Assembly (NCBI GenBank): GCA_002315615.1
Contig: DCHK01000069.1
Location: 5,333-69,332, forward strand
Direction of reading: 5' to 3'
Source of the DNA: Bacteroidales bacterium UBA1754
Lineage (GTDB): Bacteria; Bacteroidota; Bacteroidia; Bacteroidales; Paludibacteraceae
Length of the DNA: 64,000 nucleotides
The notes beneath the pieces were generated by a model that did no database searches, had not been told where the DNA came from, and was given only the letters and a program-made list of their open reading frames with translations. This document shows positions 1 to 9,610 of the stretch, piece by piece. Position numbers and translations under genes: made by a program. Position 1 is the first letter of the stretch, and every line of letters starts with the position of its first letter.

Positions 1-1
1 T

Positions 2-412
2 TTGAAACTTGCTGGTATTTTGGGCGATTTCTCATCTTTCCTTGATCGTACAATTGGCGATTATCGCTTGATTACGCTTATCATCGGATTCCTTTCGTCT
101 ATTGTAGATAACGTTCCGTTGGTGGCTGGTGCAATTGGTATGTATGACCTTGTGCCAATTCCTGCCGAAGGTTTACAAATGCTTAATCCTGAGTTGTTAC
201 CATACATTCAAGATGGTGCTTTTTGGTTGTTCTTGACATACTGCGCTGGTGTTGGTGGTAGTATTCTTATTATCGGTTCTGCTGCAGGTGTGGTTGCAAT
301 GGGTATCGAAGGAATTGACTTTATGTGGTACTTCAAACGTATTTCTTGGTTGGCTGCTATCGGTTATCTTAGTGGTGCCGCTATTTTCTTGTTAGAAGAA
401 ATGATATTTTAG
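2..412 (+). CDS. C-terminal fragment of an NhaD/ArsB-superfamily ion transporter (Na+/H+ antiporter NhaD-like); 5' end lies outside the window
   Basis: ORF is open to the window edge. The translation is almost entirely TM segments (VDNVPLVAGAIGMY, GVGGSILIIGSAAGVVAMG), which I recognise as the C-terminal half of NhaD-type antiporters. A hairpin terminator follows. Confidence 0.6.
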   Translation: MKLAGILGDFSSFLDRTIGDYRLITLIIGFLSSIVDNVPLVAGAIGMYDLVPIPAEGLQMLNPELLPYIQDGAFWLFLTYCAGVGGSILIIGSAAGVVAMGIEGIDFMWYFKRISWLAAIGYLSGAAIFLLEEMIF

Positions 413-430
413 TTTGTAACTAATAGATAT

Positions 431-468
431 AAAAAAACGGATGCTGAAATTTCAACATCCGTTTTTTG
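431..468. terminator. Bidirectional rho-independent terminator between the convergent transporter gene and ackA
   Basis: Stem acggatg (437-443) pairs with catccgt (456-462). An A-run lies 5' and a T-run 3' (463-467), so it can act on both strands. Confidence 0.6.
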
Positions 469-484
469 TGTTGTTATGTGCGAA

Positions 485-1681
485 TTATTTCTTTACTAAA
501 GCCATTGTGTCTTGTGCAATTACAAGTTCTTCGTCGGTAGGAATGACGCAGACGGTAACCTTACTGTCGTCAGTAGAAATGATTGCTTCTTCGCCTCTCA
601 CTTGGTTTCGTTTTTCATCAAGTTTTATGCCGAGGTATTCAAGGTCTTGGCAGGCACCCCAACGGATATTGCTTTGATTTTCGCCAACGCCTGCAGTCCA
701 TACTACAATGTCAACTCCGCCCATTGCTGCAGTGTATGCACCAATGTATTTCTTAATGCGGTAGTTGTACATATCAATGGCAAGTTTGGCACGTTTGTTG
801 CCTTGTTTAGCCGCATCAGATACGTCGCGCATATCTGATGACAATCCACTTATGCCGAGCATTCCCGATTGTTTATTGAGGAATTCTGCCATTTCTTGTG
901 GCTTTTTGCCTAATTTGTCCATTAAGTAAGTTACAGCAGAAGGGTCAATGTCGCCAGAACGACTACCCATCATTACACCAGCAAGTGGTGTAAGTCCCAT
1001 AGAAGTATCTACGCATTCGCCAAATTTTACAGCAGAAACCGATGCACCATTACCAATGTGGCAAGTGATGATGCGTTGTGTTTTGATGTCTTTGCCTAAA
1101 AATTCACAAACGCGTTGCGAAACGTATCTGTGCGATGTTCCGTGAAAACCATAGCGGCGTATATGATATTTTTCATACAATTCGTATGGAATACCATACA
1201 AATAAGCATAATCGGGCATAGTAGAGTGGAAAGCATTGTCAAACACGCAAACTTGTGGTACGTTTGGCATAAGTGTGTTCACTGCACGAATACCTTTCAA
1301 GTGTCCAGCATTATGAACAGGAGCCAAGTCGCAAAGTTCTTCTATTCCGTCTTCTACCGATTTATCGACGATTACGCTATGACAAAATTTGTCGCCACCT
1401 TGCACAATGCGATGACCTACTGCATCAATTTCCGAAAGGTCTTTTATTGCACCAATTTCGGGGTCGGTGAGCAAAGAAAAAACGAATTTCACGCCTGCGT
1501 TATGTTCAGGCATATCGTGCATTATTTTCTTCTTTTCGCCGTTTGGCAATGTAACTTTTACAAACGATTCGTCAATTCCAATTCTTTCGGCACCTCCTGC
1601 CGCCAAAACGGTGTTGTCTTTCATATCGTACAATTTGTACTTAATAGAAGAACTACCGCAATTTAAAACTAATATTTTCAT
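485..1681 (-). CDS. ackA: Acetate kinase
   Basis: 398 aa with ATG start. N-terminus MKILVLNCGSSSIKYKLYDM and internal GFHGTSH and VWTAGVGEN motifs are typical of AckA. It lies directly downstream of pta. Confidence 0.95.
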   Translation of the reverse strand: MKILVLNCGSSSIKYKLYDMKDNTVLAAGGAERIGIDESFVKVTLPNGEKKKIMHDMPEHNAGVKFVFSLLTDPEIGAIKDLSEIDAVGHRIVQGGDKFCHSVIVDKSVEDGIEELCDLAPVHNAGHLKGIRAVNTLMPNVPQVCVFDNAFHSTMPDYAYLYGIPYELYEKYHIRRYGFHGTSHRYVSQRVCEFLGKDIKTQRIITCHIGNGASVSAVKFGECVDTSMGLTPLAGVMMGSRSGDIDPSAVTYLMDKLGKKPQEMAEFLNKQSGMLGISGLSSDMRDVSDAAKQGNKRAKLAIDMYNYRIKKYIGAYTAAMGGVDIVVWTAGVGENQSNIRWGACQDLEYLGIKLDEKRNQVRGEEAIISTDDSKVTVCVIPTDEELVIAQDTMALVKK

Positions 1682-1704
1682 AAAAAAGTAATATTTTAGA
1701 ATTT

Positions 1705-1747
1705 AGAAACAAGAAACAAGAATCAAGAATTCTTCTCTCGCTTCTAT
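1705..1747. repeat. Copy of a dispersed intergenic repeat: purine-rich heptad-like tract (agaaacaagaaacaagaatcaagaa) plus tctctcgcttctat
   Basis: 1705-1729 matches 13665-13689 at 24 of 25 positions. 1734-1747 is identical to 58405-58418. An 11-nt core agaatcaagaa recurs at 49035-49045. Confidence 0.5.
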
Positions 1748-2745
1748 TTGTTTATTGCCTGATTAGCAGTTATGGCAATCATTTTAACAATCTCATCTAC
1801 GTTGCAACCACGAGAAAGGTCGTTCACTGGTGCTGCCATACCTTGAAGGATAGGACCAAGAGCGACACCGCCCGACATACGTTGTGCCAATTTGTAACCG
1901 ATATTTCCAGCGTCGAGTGTAGGGAAAACCAATACGTTGGCATCGCCTTGAATGCAACTTCCTGGTGCTTTTTGTTTGCCGACAGATGGCACAATTGCAG
2001 CATCTGCTTGAAACTCGCCATCAAGAGTGAGTTCTGGTGCCATTTCTTTTGCCAATTTCGTGGCTTCTTGTACTTTATCTACGCACTCGTTTTTAGCGCT
2101 GCCTTTAGTCGAGAAACTCAACATTGCCACGCGTGGTTCGAAACTACCTATCGCTTTTGCAGTAGAGGCACTCACAACGGCAATTTCTGCCAATTGTTGT
2201 GCAGTTGGATTTGGTGTAACGGCACAGTCTGCGAAAAGAAACATACCTTTTTCGCCAAATTCCTCTTTTCCTGTGATGAGTAAGAATGAACCCGAAACTA
2301 CGCTCACACCTTTTTTCATTTTAATGATTTGCAAAGCAGGACGAAGCACATTGCTTGTAGCATTCATTGCACCAGCAACTTCGCCGTCGGCATCGCCATT
2401 TTTGATGATAAGACAACCCAAATACAACGGATTTTTAACCATTTTTTGTGCTTCTTCTATCGTCATTCCTTTTTCTTTGCGCAGTTCGAAAAGCAAGTTG
2501 GCATATTCGTCGGCACGTGGGTTGTTTTCAGGGTCGATAATGGTGGCTTTTGAAATGTTTTTCAAATCAAACTCATTGACCAATGATTCAATTTTTGCTT
2601 TATTTCCAAGCAGAATAATATCTGCAAGACCTTCGGCAATGGCAATATCTGCCGCTTTAATGGTGCGTTCTTCCGTTCCTTCGGCAAGAACAATGCGTTG
2701 CAAATTTTTCTTTGCGTTCGCTTTTAAACTCTCTAATAAATCCAT
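1744..2745 (-). CDS. pta: Phosphate acetyltransferase
   Basis: 333 aa with ATG start. N-terminus LESLKANAKKNLQRIVLAEG and the C-terminal PVNDLSRGC motif are typical of short-form Pta. Forms the classical pta-ackA pair. Confidence 0.93.
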   Translation of the reverse strand: MDLLESLKANAKKNLQRIVLAEGTEERTIKAADIAIAEGLADIILLGNKAKIESLVNEFDLKNISKATIIDPENNPRADEYANLLFELRKEKGMTIEEAQKMVKNPLYLGCLIIKNGDADGEVAGAMNATSNVLRPALQIIKMKKGVSVVSGSFLLITGKEEFGEKGMFLFADCAVTPNPTAQQLAEIAVVSASTAKAIGSFEPRVAMLSFSTKGSAKNECVDKVQEATKLAKEMAPELTLDGEFQADAAIVPSVGKQKAPGSCIQGDANVLVFPTLDAGNIGYKLAQRMSGGVALGPILQGMAAPVNDLSRGCNVDEIVKMIAITANQAINK

Positions 2746-2907
2746 TTTGTTATTTATGTAAATTTATGATTTTCTCGAATAAACAAAGGTAGTAAAAAGA
2801 AAGTTTAAAATGAGTGTGCTTACTTGAAACTTGTAAGTTTTTTCAATAAAAATTTCAAAACGGTGTGTAAAAAATGTAATTTTGTGAAAAATAAAAAATC
2901 TAAGAAA

Positions 2908-3699
2908 ATGGAAATAGCAATTATCGGAGGCGGAAATATGGGAGGAGCCATTGCTCATGCCCTTACGCAAAGCAGTATAATAACAAAAGTAAAGGTCAGC
3001 GACATTAACGAAAATACATTGCGCAATTTGCAAAATTTCAACAATGCCATAGAAGTAACGACCGACAATGCCGAGAATGTGAAAAATGCCGACATCGTTT
3101 TGCTCGCTGTAAAACCTTGGTTGGCAGAAACTGTCATTGCACAAATTAAAGATTCGCTCAATTACGACAAGCAGATTTTTATGTCGATTGTGGCAGGCGT
3201 TCCTTTTGAAAAATTGGAACTTGCACTCGACAAAAATGGCAAACTTCCTGCAATGTTCCGTATGATTCCAAATACCGCTATCGATGTGCTACAAAGCGTT
3301 TTGACCATTGCTCCACACAAAAATGCGACAAAAGAAAAAATCAATTTGATAAAGTCAATTTTCGACGAAACGGGCAAAGCATTTATTGTGGCAGAAAATC
3401 AGTTGAATGCCTTTATGGCGCTTTCGAGTTGTGGCATTGCGTATGCTTTTCGCTACATCCGTGCGGCAGTAGAAGGTGCTGTGGAAATGGGTATTTATCC
3501 AGAAGTGGCGAAACAAGTTGTAACGCAAACTTTGCGTGGTGCAATCGATTTGATTGATACCAACGACTCTCATCCCGAAGTTGAAATTGACAAAGTTACT
3601 ACTCCTGGTGGTATCACCATCAAAGGTCTGAACGAGATGGAAGCCAACGGTTTTACAAACTCAGTCATTAAAGGCCTAAAAGCAAGTTTGATAAAATAA
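2908..3699 (+). CDS. proC: Pyrroline-5-carboxylate reductase
   Basis: Rossmann N-terminus MEIAIIGGGNMGGAIA and C-terminal VTTPGGITIKGL motif. The start is trimmed from the ORF-track 2824 to the ATG at 2908, where the dinucleotide-binding fold begins. Confidence 0.9.
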   Translation: MEIAIIGGGNMGGAIAHALTQSSIITKVKVSDINENTLRNLQNFNNAIEVTTDNAENVKNADIVLLAVKPWLAETVIAQIKDSLNYDKQIFMSIVAGVPFEKLELALDKNGKLPAMFRMIPNTAIDVLQSVLTIAPHKNATKEKINLIKSIFDETGKAFIVAENQLNAFMALSSCGIAYAFRYIRAAVEGAVEMGIYPEVAKQVVTQTLRGAIDLIDTNDSHPEVEIDKVTTPGGITIKGLNEMEANGFTNSVIKGLKASLIK

Positions 3700-3731
3700 T
3701 TTTGTTTTAATTTGTTGAAAAACAACATTTT

Positions 3732-3767
3732 GTAGAGACGTCATATTATGGCGTCTCTACGTTTTTT
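3732..3767 (+). terminator. Rho-independent terminator of proC
   Basis: Stem gtagagacg (3732-3740) pairs with cgtctctac (3752-3760), followed by a T6 run. Confidence 0.7.
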
Positions 3768-3829
3768 ATACAAAAATCGCCGTAATAAACAATTGTTATT
3801 ACTTCCCTTCGGACAGTGTATGTTGATTC

Positions 3830-4573
3830 CTATAATTTTGAGCCGAGAAGATGTTTGATAACCTCAATAGGATCTTTTTTGATTTTTATTATTGGGTCAA
3901 TAAAAAGAATAGTTGTGCCAGAAAGCATAACATTGTCAGATTTATCGTTTACATCAGTTACTGAAACATATTCGTTTCCGTAGTAATAGTAAGACTCAGG
4001 CTCAAGACCAATTTCTCGTAGTCGAGTTTCAATTTGTTTCTGTGTTGGAGAGTTACAGTCGAAAAATAGTTTTTGTGAATATATTAAAAGTGCAGTGCCG
4101 TTATCTTCTGTCACTCCAATAAATGAATATCGAGTTTCTGGGAAAAGGATATTGTGTATGATATGTTCGTATAATATATAGCGTAAGTCTTGATTTTTGA
4201 GATGAATCTTGGCAAAAGGATTGCGAACCTTATATACTAACCCTTGTGCAGCGTTTTCGTATATTTTGCTTTCTCCAGAAAGAATAGGAACAAATTCACC
4301 TAGTTCTGTGCATTCCTCTTTGGTGAGATAAAGATTTGCCTTTTTGGCAATTTCTATGAGTTTGAGACTAAAAGACTCTTGCGCTTTTCTCGAGCCAAGT
4401 GCCCAATCGCAGTTCTGTTCAATGGCCAACCCCTCTTCAAACACTCGAATATCGCTTCTGTCACTATCTGCCGATCTTCTTGCGCAATGCTGTGCAGAAA
4501 CATTTCTGCCGATAGTTTTGTTCCTGATAATTTTATGTCTTTTAAGGTACTCATATATATCTTTCAGTGTCAT
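3830..4573 (-). CDS. Orphan hypothetical protein with a protein-kinase-like motif pattern (resembles the kinase module of phage/conjugative polyvalent proteins)
   Basis: 247 aa with ATG start and its own -7 box at 4605-4612. Motifs in kinase order: SGESKIY...VYKV (Gly-loop plus Lys), LYEHIIHN (helix-C Glu), TDVNDKSDNVML (catalytic-loop-like) and LFIDP (DFG-like Asp). The function is inferred only. Confidence 0.55.
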   Translation of the reverse strand: MTLKDIYEYLKRHKIIRNKTIGRNVSAQHCARRSADSDRSDIRVFEEGLAIEQNCDWALGSRKAQESFSLKLIEIAKKANLYLTKEECTELGEFVPILSGESKIYENAAQGLVYKVRNPFAKIHLKNQDLRYILYEHIIHNILFPETRYSFIGVTEDNGTALLIYSQKLFFDCNSPTQKQIETRLREIGLEPESYYYYGNEYVSVTDVNDKSDNVMLSGTTILFIDPIIKIKKDPIEVIKHLLGSKL

Positions 4574-4604
4574 TCGGTATAATGTGTAATATAACCTACT
4601 TTGG

Positions 4605-4612
4605 CAAAGTTA
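4605..4612 (-). promoter_or_regulatory. Bacteroidota-type -7 promoter element (TAACTTTG) for the 3830-4573 gene
   Basis: The minus strand reads TAACTTTG, matching TAnnTTTG, 32 nt upstream of the ATG at 4573. Confidence 0.4.
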
Positions 4613-4702
4613 AGGAATTTTGTGAAAATGAGTACGAAATTGTTTAATTTTATTTCGAGATTAAAATTTAAATCGCTTCTTAATTTCAAATCAAAAAATC
4701 AC

Positions 4703-4710
4703 TAACTTTG
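4703..4710 (+). promoter_or_regulatory. Bacteroidota-type -7 promoter element (TAACTTTG) for the XRE-cupin / acyl-CoA synthetase operon
   Basis: TAnnTTTG match 23 nt upstream of the ATG at 4733. Confidence 0.45.
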
Positions 4711-4732
4711 TAGGTTAAAAAATGAATTCGTT

Positions 4733-5281
4733 ATGAATGAACAAATAAAACAAATAGCAGAGCGCCTTCGTGGTTTGCGCGAATCGGTAGAAATGACGAC
4801 TGCCGAAATGGCACAAAAAGGCGATGTGTCGCAAAGCGTGTACGAGTCGTACGAAACGGGCGAAGTTGACATTCCAATGAACTTTCTTTGCAACATTGGC
4901 AAAGCCTTCAATATCGATACTGCAGTACTTATTTCGGGCGACGATACGCACGCACAAACGTATTTCGTAACACGCAAAGGTCTTGGTATTTCTATCGAAA
5001 GAAACAACGCCTATAAGTATCGCGACTTGGCTGGCGGATTCAAAAATGCAAAAGCAACTCCGTTTTTGGTTACCGTAGAACCGAACAACGAACCAATACA
5101 CCTCAATTCGCATCCTGGACAAGAATTTAATTTGGTGGAAAAAGGAAGAATGTTGTTGCAAATAGCAGGCAAAGAAATAATTTTGGAAGAGGGCGATAGC
5201 ATCTATTTCGATGCCACAAAACCGCACGGAATGAAAGCACTCGACAACGAAAAAGCACGTTTTTTTGCTATAATTTTGTAA
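4733..5281 (+). CDS. XRE-family HTH transcriptional regulator with a C-terminal cupin (ligand-sensing) domain
   Basis: 182 aa. The N-terminal IAERLRGLRESVEMTTAEMAQKGDVSQSVYESYETGE is an XRE HTH. The C-terminal HPGQEFNLVEKG...GDSIYFDATKPHG is a cupin signature. It ends 4 nt before the downstream synthetase gene. Confidence 0.85.
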   Translation: MNEQIKQIAERLRGLRESVEMTTAEMAQKGDVSQSVYESYETGEVDIPMNFLCNIGKAFNIDTAVLISGDDTHAQTYFVTRKGLGISIERNNAYKYRDLAGGFKNAKATPFLVTVEPNNEPIHLNSHPGQEFNLVEKGRMLLQIAGKEIILEEGDSIYFDATKPHGMKALDNEKARFFAIIL

Positions 5282-5285
5282 GAGT

Positions 5286-6929
5286 ATGTTAGAGAAATTT
5301 CTTGAAAAAACACAGTTTACTTCTCAAGAAGATTTTGAGAAGAATTTGAAAATAAAAACACCCGAAAATTTCAATTTTGGATACGATGTAGTGGATGCGT
5401 GGGCTGAAGAATGTCCTAATAAACGTGCTTTGTGTTGGACAAACGACCACGGCAAGCACATCGACTTTACATACGCCGAATTGAAGAAAAAAACAGACCA
5501 AACAGCATCGTATTTTCAGTCGCTTGGCATTGGAAAGGGCGATATGGTGTTGCTCATCCTTAAACGTCGCTACGAGTTTTGGCTCTCAATCATTGCATTG
5601 CACAAAATTGGTGCAGTGGCAATTCCTGCTACGCACTTGCTCACCGAAAAAGACATTATTTATCGCTCCGAAGCGGCCACCATTAAAGCAATAGTTTGTG
5701 TGGGCGAAGATGTGGTGCTCGAACACGTGAAGAATGCGTTGCCTAAATGTCCGACGGTGAAAAACGTGATTTCTGTCGGTCCAAATATACCTGACGGATT
5801 TTTAGATTTTGAAAAGGGTATTTCTTCTGCTCCAACATTTGTTCCAAAAAGAGTTACCGAGAATCACGACATAATGTTGATGTATTTTACATCGGGTACA
5901 ACGGGAAATCCAAAAATGGTGATTCACGATTTTCTTTATCCTTTGGGACACGTCGTTACGGGTGCATTTTGGCACAATTTGAATGATGATAGTTTGCACC
6001 TTACGGTTGCCGATACTGGTTGGGGCAAAGCCGCTTGGGGAAAACTCTATGGACAAATGATAGCAGGGGCAACAATTTTTGTGTACGACCACGAGAAATT
6101 TACGCCTGCCGATATGCTTCAAATGATTCAAGACTATAAAATAACGTCATTTTGTGCGCCTCCTACAATTTTCCGTTTTATGATTTTGGAAGATTTAAGT
6201 AAATACGATTTGTCGTCGCTCAAATGGTGCACTATAGCAGGCGAGGCATTGAATCCAAGTGTTTACGAACAATTTTATAAACTTACGGGTGTGCGTATGC
6301 GCGAGGGATTTGGACAAACCGAAACTACTTGCACTGTGCTTACTACACCTTGGATGATGCCGAAACCAGGCTCAATGGGACGACCGAATCCCGCTTACAA
6401 TATCGACATTGTTGATGGCGAAGGAAATACTGTTGCCGATGGTATTCACGGAGAGATAGTTATTCGTGCTACGCAAGACAATAAGCCAAACGGATTATTT
6501 ATGGGTTATTATCGTGCCGAGGAACTTACAAAAAACGCTTGGCACGACGGCGTATATCACACTGGCGATGTGGCTTGGCGCGATGAGGATGGTTATTTCT
6601 GGTTTGTGGGCAGAAACGATGATGTGATTAAGTCTTCGGGTTACCGTATCGGACCATTTGAAGTTGAAAGTGCGCTGATGACTCACCCTGCAGTTGCGGA
6701 GTGTGCTATTACTGGCGTGCCAGACCCTGTTCGTGGTCAGGTGGTTAAAGCAACCATTGTGCTGAAAGAAGCGTATAAAGACAAAGCGGGCGAAGATTTG
6801 ATAAAGGAAATTCAAAACCACGTAAAACACACTACGGCACCTTACAAATATCCACGTGTAGTCGAGTTTGTAGATGTGCTTCCTAAAACTATTAGTGGTA
6901 AAATTAAGCGTGTTGAACTTCGCAAGTAA
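5286..6929 (+). CDS. AMP-dependent acyl-CoA synthetase (medium-chain/ACSM-like)
   Basis: 547 aa. AMP-binding motif YFTSGTTGNPK, then GYYR...TGD and the C-terminal LPKTISGKIKR. Confidence 0.88.
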   Translation: MLEKFLEKTQFTSQEDFEKNLKIKTPENFNFGYDVVDAWAEECPNKRALCWTNDHGKHIDFTYAELKKKTDQTASYFQSLGIGKGDMVLLILKRRYEFWLSIIALHKIGAVAIPATHLLTEKDIIYRSEAATIKAIVCVGEDVVLEHVKNALPKCPTVKNVISVGPNIPDGFLDFEKGISSAPTFVPKRVTENHDIMLMYFTSGTTGNPKMVIHDFLYPLGHVVTGAFWHNLNDDSLHLTVADTGWGKAAWGKLYGQMIAGATIFVYDHEKFTPADMLQMIQDYKITSFCAPPTIFRFMILEDLSKYDLSSLKWCTIAGEALNPSVYEQFYKLTGVRMREGFGQTETTCTVLTTPWMMPKPGSMGRPNPAYNIDIVDGEGNTVADGIHGEIVIRATQDNKPNGLFMGYYRAEELTKNAWHDGVYHTGDVAWRDEDGYFWFVGRNDDVIKSSGYRIGPFEVESALMTHPAVAECAITGVPDPVRGQVVKATIVLKEAYKDKAGEDLIKEIQNHVKHTTAPYKYPRVVEFVDVLPKTISGKIKRVELRK

Positions 6930-6945
6930 GTTGCTTGGTTATATG

Positions 6946-6985
6946 AACAAAAAATCCGATTGGAACAGCCAATCGGATTTTTTTT
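6946..6985. terminator. Bidirectional rho-independent terminator between the convergent acyl-CoA synthetase and thioredoxin-like genes
   Basis: A 13-bp stem, aaaatccgattgg (6951-6963) with ccaatcggatttt (6969-6981), has a 5-nt loop and flanking A- and T-runs. Confidence 0.75.
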
Positions 6986-7010
6986 GTTGTTTGTATGACT
7001 AATAGTCTTT

Positions 7011-7520
7011 TTACTTTTCTTGTTCTTTTGAATCTTTTGATTCTTTTTTCTGCGGATTTAGTAGAATTGTGTCAATAATATTTTTCAATGTTTCTTTGTC
7101 GAGTGCACCTTGCGAAATTCTTGGGTATTCTTTTAGTGGAAAATAAAACATTGTAGGAATACTGTGGATATTGAAAATTCTCGACAATTCTACGCTATTA
7201 GCATCTTCGGTGTTCACTTTGTAGAAAATCACTTTGCCTTCGTATTCTTTTGCCAATTCCTCCAATACGGGAGCCAATCTTCGGCAAGGTCCACACCACA
7301 CGGTGTAAAAATCAACTATGCAAGGTAGTTTTCCTTTGTATGTAATGCTTTCTGGATTTTTATTGTAGTCCCAAATGTATTCTCTAAATCCAAATCCATC
7401 GATGTGATTGACAGAGCCCTTAACCAATGGCGCAACTTTTACTTTTGCAGAATCGACTTGTGCAAAAACCGAAATTGCAGAAAGCAAGCAAACGCTTATT
7501 ATCAAAAATATCTTTTTCAT
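7011..7520 (-). CDS. Secreted thioredoxin-family protein (WCGPC active site)
   Basis: Signal peptide MKKIFLIISVCLLSAISVFA and the active site WCGPC. The ORF-track start at 7532 is TTG, so I use the ATG at 7520. Confidence 0.85.
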   Translation of the reverse strand: MKKIFLIISVCLLSAISVFAQVDSAKVKVAPLVKGSVNHIDGFGFREYIWDYNKNPESITYKGKLPCIVDFYTVWCGPCRRLAPVLEELAKEYEGKVIFYKVNTEDANSVELSRIFNIHSIPTMFYFPLKEYPRISQGALDKETLKNIIDTILLNPQKKESKDSKEQEK

Positions 7521-7569
7521 AAGTATTCTCAAATAGAACGTTCAAAGATAGTTTTTGGGACACAAATAA

Positions 7570-9369
7570 TCAATCTTTTTTCAATCTTTTTCTTTCCAAC
7601 TCGTCCAAAATAATCTTACGCATACGCATTGCGTGTGGTGTAATTTCCACGTATTCATCTTCTTTGATGTATTCCAATGCTTCTTCCAAACTGAACACTA
7701 CAGGTGGTGTAAGTACGGCTTTGTCGTCAGAACTTTTTGAACGCATATTGGTCAATTTCTTCGATTTTGTAACATTCACCACAAGGTCGCCTTCTTTGGT
7801 GTGTTCGCCAACCACTTGTCCAGCATAAACTTCTTCTTGTGGGAAGATGAAGAAACGACCGCGGTCTTGCAGTTTATCAAGGGCGTAAGCAAATGCCGTT
7901 CCGCCTTCCATTGCAATAATTGAACCATTTTTGCGGTTTTCAATATCGCCTTTGTAAGGTTGATATTCGAGGAATCGATGAGCAATAACTGCTTCGCCTG
8001 TAGATGCTGTAAGCAAATTGGTACGCAAACCGATGATACCGCGCGATGGAATTTCAAATTCCAAATGAATGCGGTCGCCTTTGCGCTCCATAGTTTTCAA
8101 ATCGCCTTTGCGAGTAGAAACTAATTCTATCATCTTGCCAGAAAATTCTTCGGGAACGTTGATGGTAAGTTGCTCAATTGGTTCGCATTTTTCGCCATCA
8201 ATTTCTTTGAAGATAACTTGTGGCTGACCAACTTGCAGTTCGTATCCCTCGCGACGCATTGTTTCGATAAGTACCGACAAATGCAACACACCACGACCAA
8301 ATACATTCCAACGGTCTGCAGTAGGGTCTTTTTCTACACGAAGTGCCAAGTTTTTGTCCAACTCTTTTATCAAACGCTCGTGTATGTGGCGCGAAGTAAC
8401 GAATTTTCCATCTTTTCCAAAGAAAGGAGAATCGTTGATGGCAAAAACCATACTCATAGTAGGTTCGTCGATAGCAATAGGAGGAAGTGGCTCTGGATTT
8501 ACGATGTCGCAAATGCTATCGCCAATTTCAAAACCTTCGATACCGATAAGTGCACAAATGTCGCCACACTGAACTGAACTCGTTTTTCTGCGTCCAAGTC
8601 CTTCAAAAGTATGCAGCTCGCGAATTTTTGATTTAATAATTTTTCCGTCGCGTTTTACGAGTGCAACGTCTTGTCCTTCTTTCAATTCGCCACGATGTAC
8701 ACGACCGATAGCAATACGACCTACGTAAGACGAGTAGTCGAGCGAAGTAATAAGCATTTGTGGTGTGCCTTCCAAAATTTGTGGTTCTGGAATATATTTG
8801 ATAATTGCATCGAGCAACGGAGTGATGCTGTCGGTTTGTTTTTTCCAATCGTCAGACATCCAATTTTGCTTTGCCGAACCATAGATTGTTGGAAAATCAA
8901 GTTGTTCTTCTGTTGCATCAAGGTTGAACATCAAGTCGAAAACTTCTTCTTGTACGATGTCTGGTCGGCAGTTTGGCTTGTCCACTTTGTTGATGACAAC
9001 GATGGGTTTCAGTCCGAGTTGAATGGCTTTTTGAAGCACAAAGCGTGTTTGTGGCATTGGTCCTTCAAAAGCATCAACCAAAAGTAAAACGCCGTCTGCC
9101 ATATTTAGCACACGTTCTACTTCGCCACCAAAATCGGCGTGTCCTGGGGTATCAATTATGTTGATTTTTACATCTTTATAGTTGATAGATACGTTTTTAG
9201 AAAGAATGGTTATACCACGTTCGCGTTCCAAATCGTTATTATCCATTATTAAATCGCCAGAATTTTCGTTTTCACGAATCAATTTTCCAGCCAAAATCAT
9301 TTTGTCAACCAATGTGGTTTTTCCGTGGTCGACGTGTGCAATAATAGCGATGTTTCTGATTTTTTGCAT
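7570..9369 (-). CDS. typA: Translational GTPase TypA/BipA
   Basis: [36 protein letters not shown] and NKVD G-motifs, with an EF-G-like domain order. The start is trimmed to the ATG at 9369; the upstream 25 codons are not conserved-looking. Confidence 0.95.
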   Translation of the reverse strand: MQKIRNIAIIAHVDHGKTTLVDKMILAGKLIRENENSGDLIMDNNDLERERGITILSKNVSINYKDVKINIIDTPGHADFGGEVERVLNMADGVLLLVDAFEGPMPQTRFVLQKAIQLGLKPIVVINKVDKPNCRPDIVQEEVFDLMFNLDATEEQLDFPTIYGSAKQNWMSDDWKKQTDSITPLLDAIIKYIPEPQILEGTPQMLITSLDYSSYVGRIAIGRVHRGELKEGQDVALVKRDGKIIKSKIRELHTFEGLGRRKTSSVQCGDICALIGIEGFEIGDSICDIVNPEPLPPIAIDEPTMSMVFAINDSPFFGKDGKFVTSRHIHERLIKELDKNLALRVEKDPTADRWNVFGRGVLHLSVLIETMRREGYELQVGQPQVIFKEIDGEKCEPIEQLTINVPEEFSGKMIELVSTRKGDLKTMERKGDRIHLEFEIPSRGIIGLRTNLLTASTGEAVIAHRFLEYQPYKGDIENRKNGSIIAMEGGTAFAYALDKLQDRGRFFIFPQEEVYAGQVVGEHTKEGDLVVNVTKSKKLTNMRSKSSDDKAVLTPPVVFSLEEALEYIKEDEYVEITPHAMRMRKIILDELERKRLKKD

Positions 9370-9459
9370 AAGGGTTATTGTTTTGCAAATTGTGCCAAAA
9401 TAAATCTTAATAAAAGAAAGACTGCCTGATAGGACAGCCTTCAAACATATTAAAAAAAG

Positions 9460-9533
<74 letters not shown>

Positions 9534-9547
9534 AATTTTTCGTGGTG

Positions 9548-9555
9548 CAAAAGTA
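9548..9555 (-). promoter_or_regulatory. -7 promoter element (TACTTTTG) for tRNA-Arg
   Basis: TAnnTTTG match on the minus strand, ending 14 nt upstream of the tRNA 5' end. Confidence 0.45.
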
Positions 9556-9610
9556 CTACTTTTTTTTATATTAGGCAACGAGTTTTCGTATTTTTTTGAA
9601 AATATGAAAA

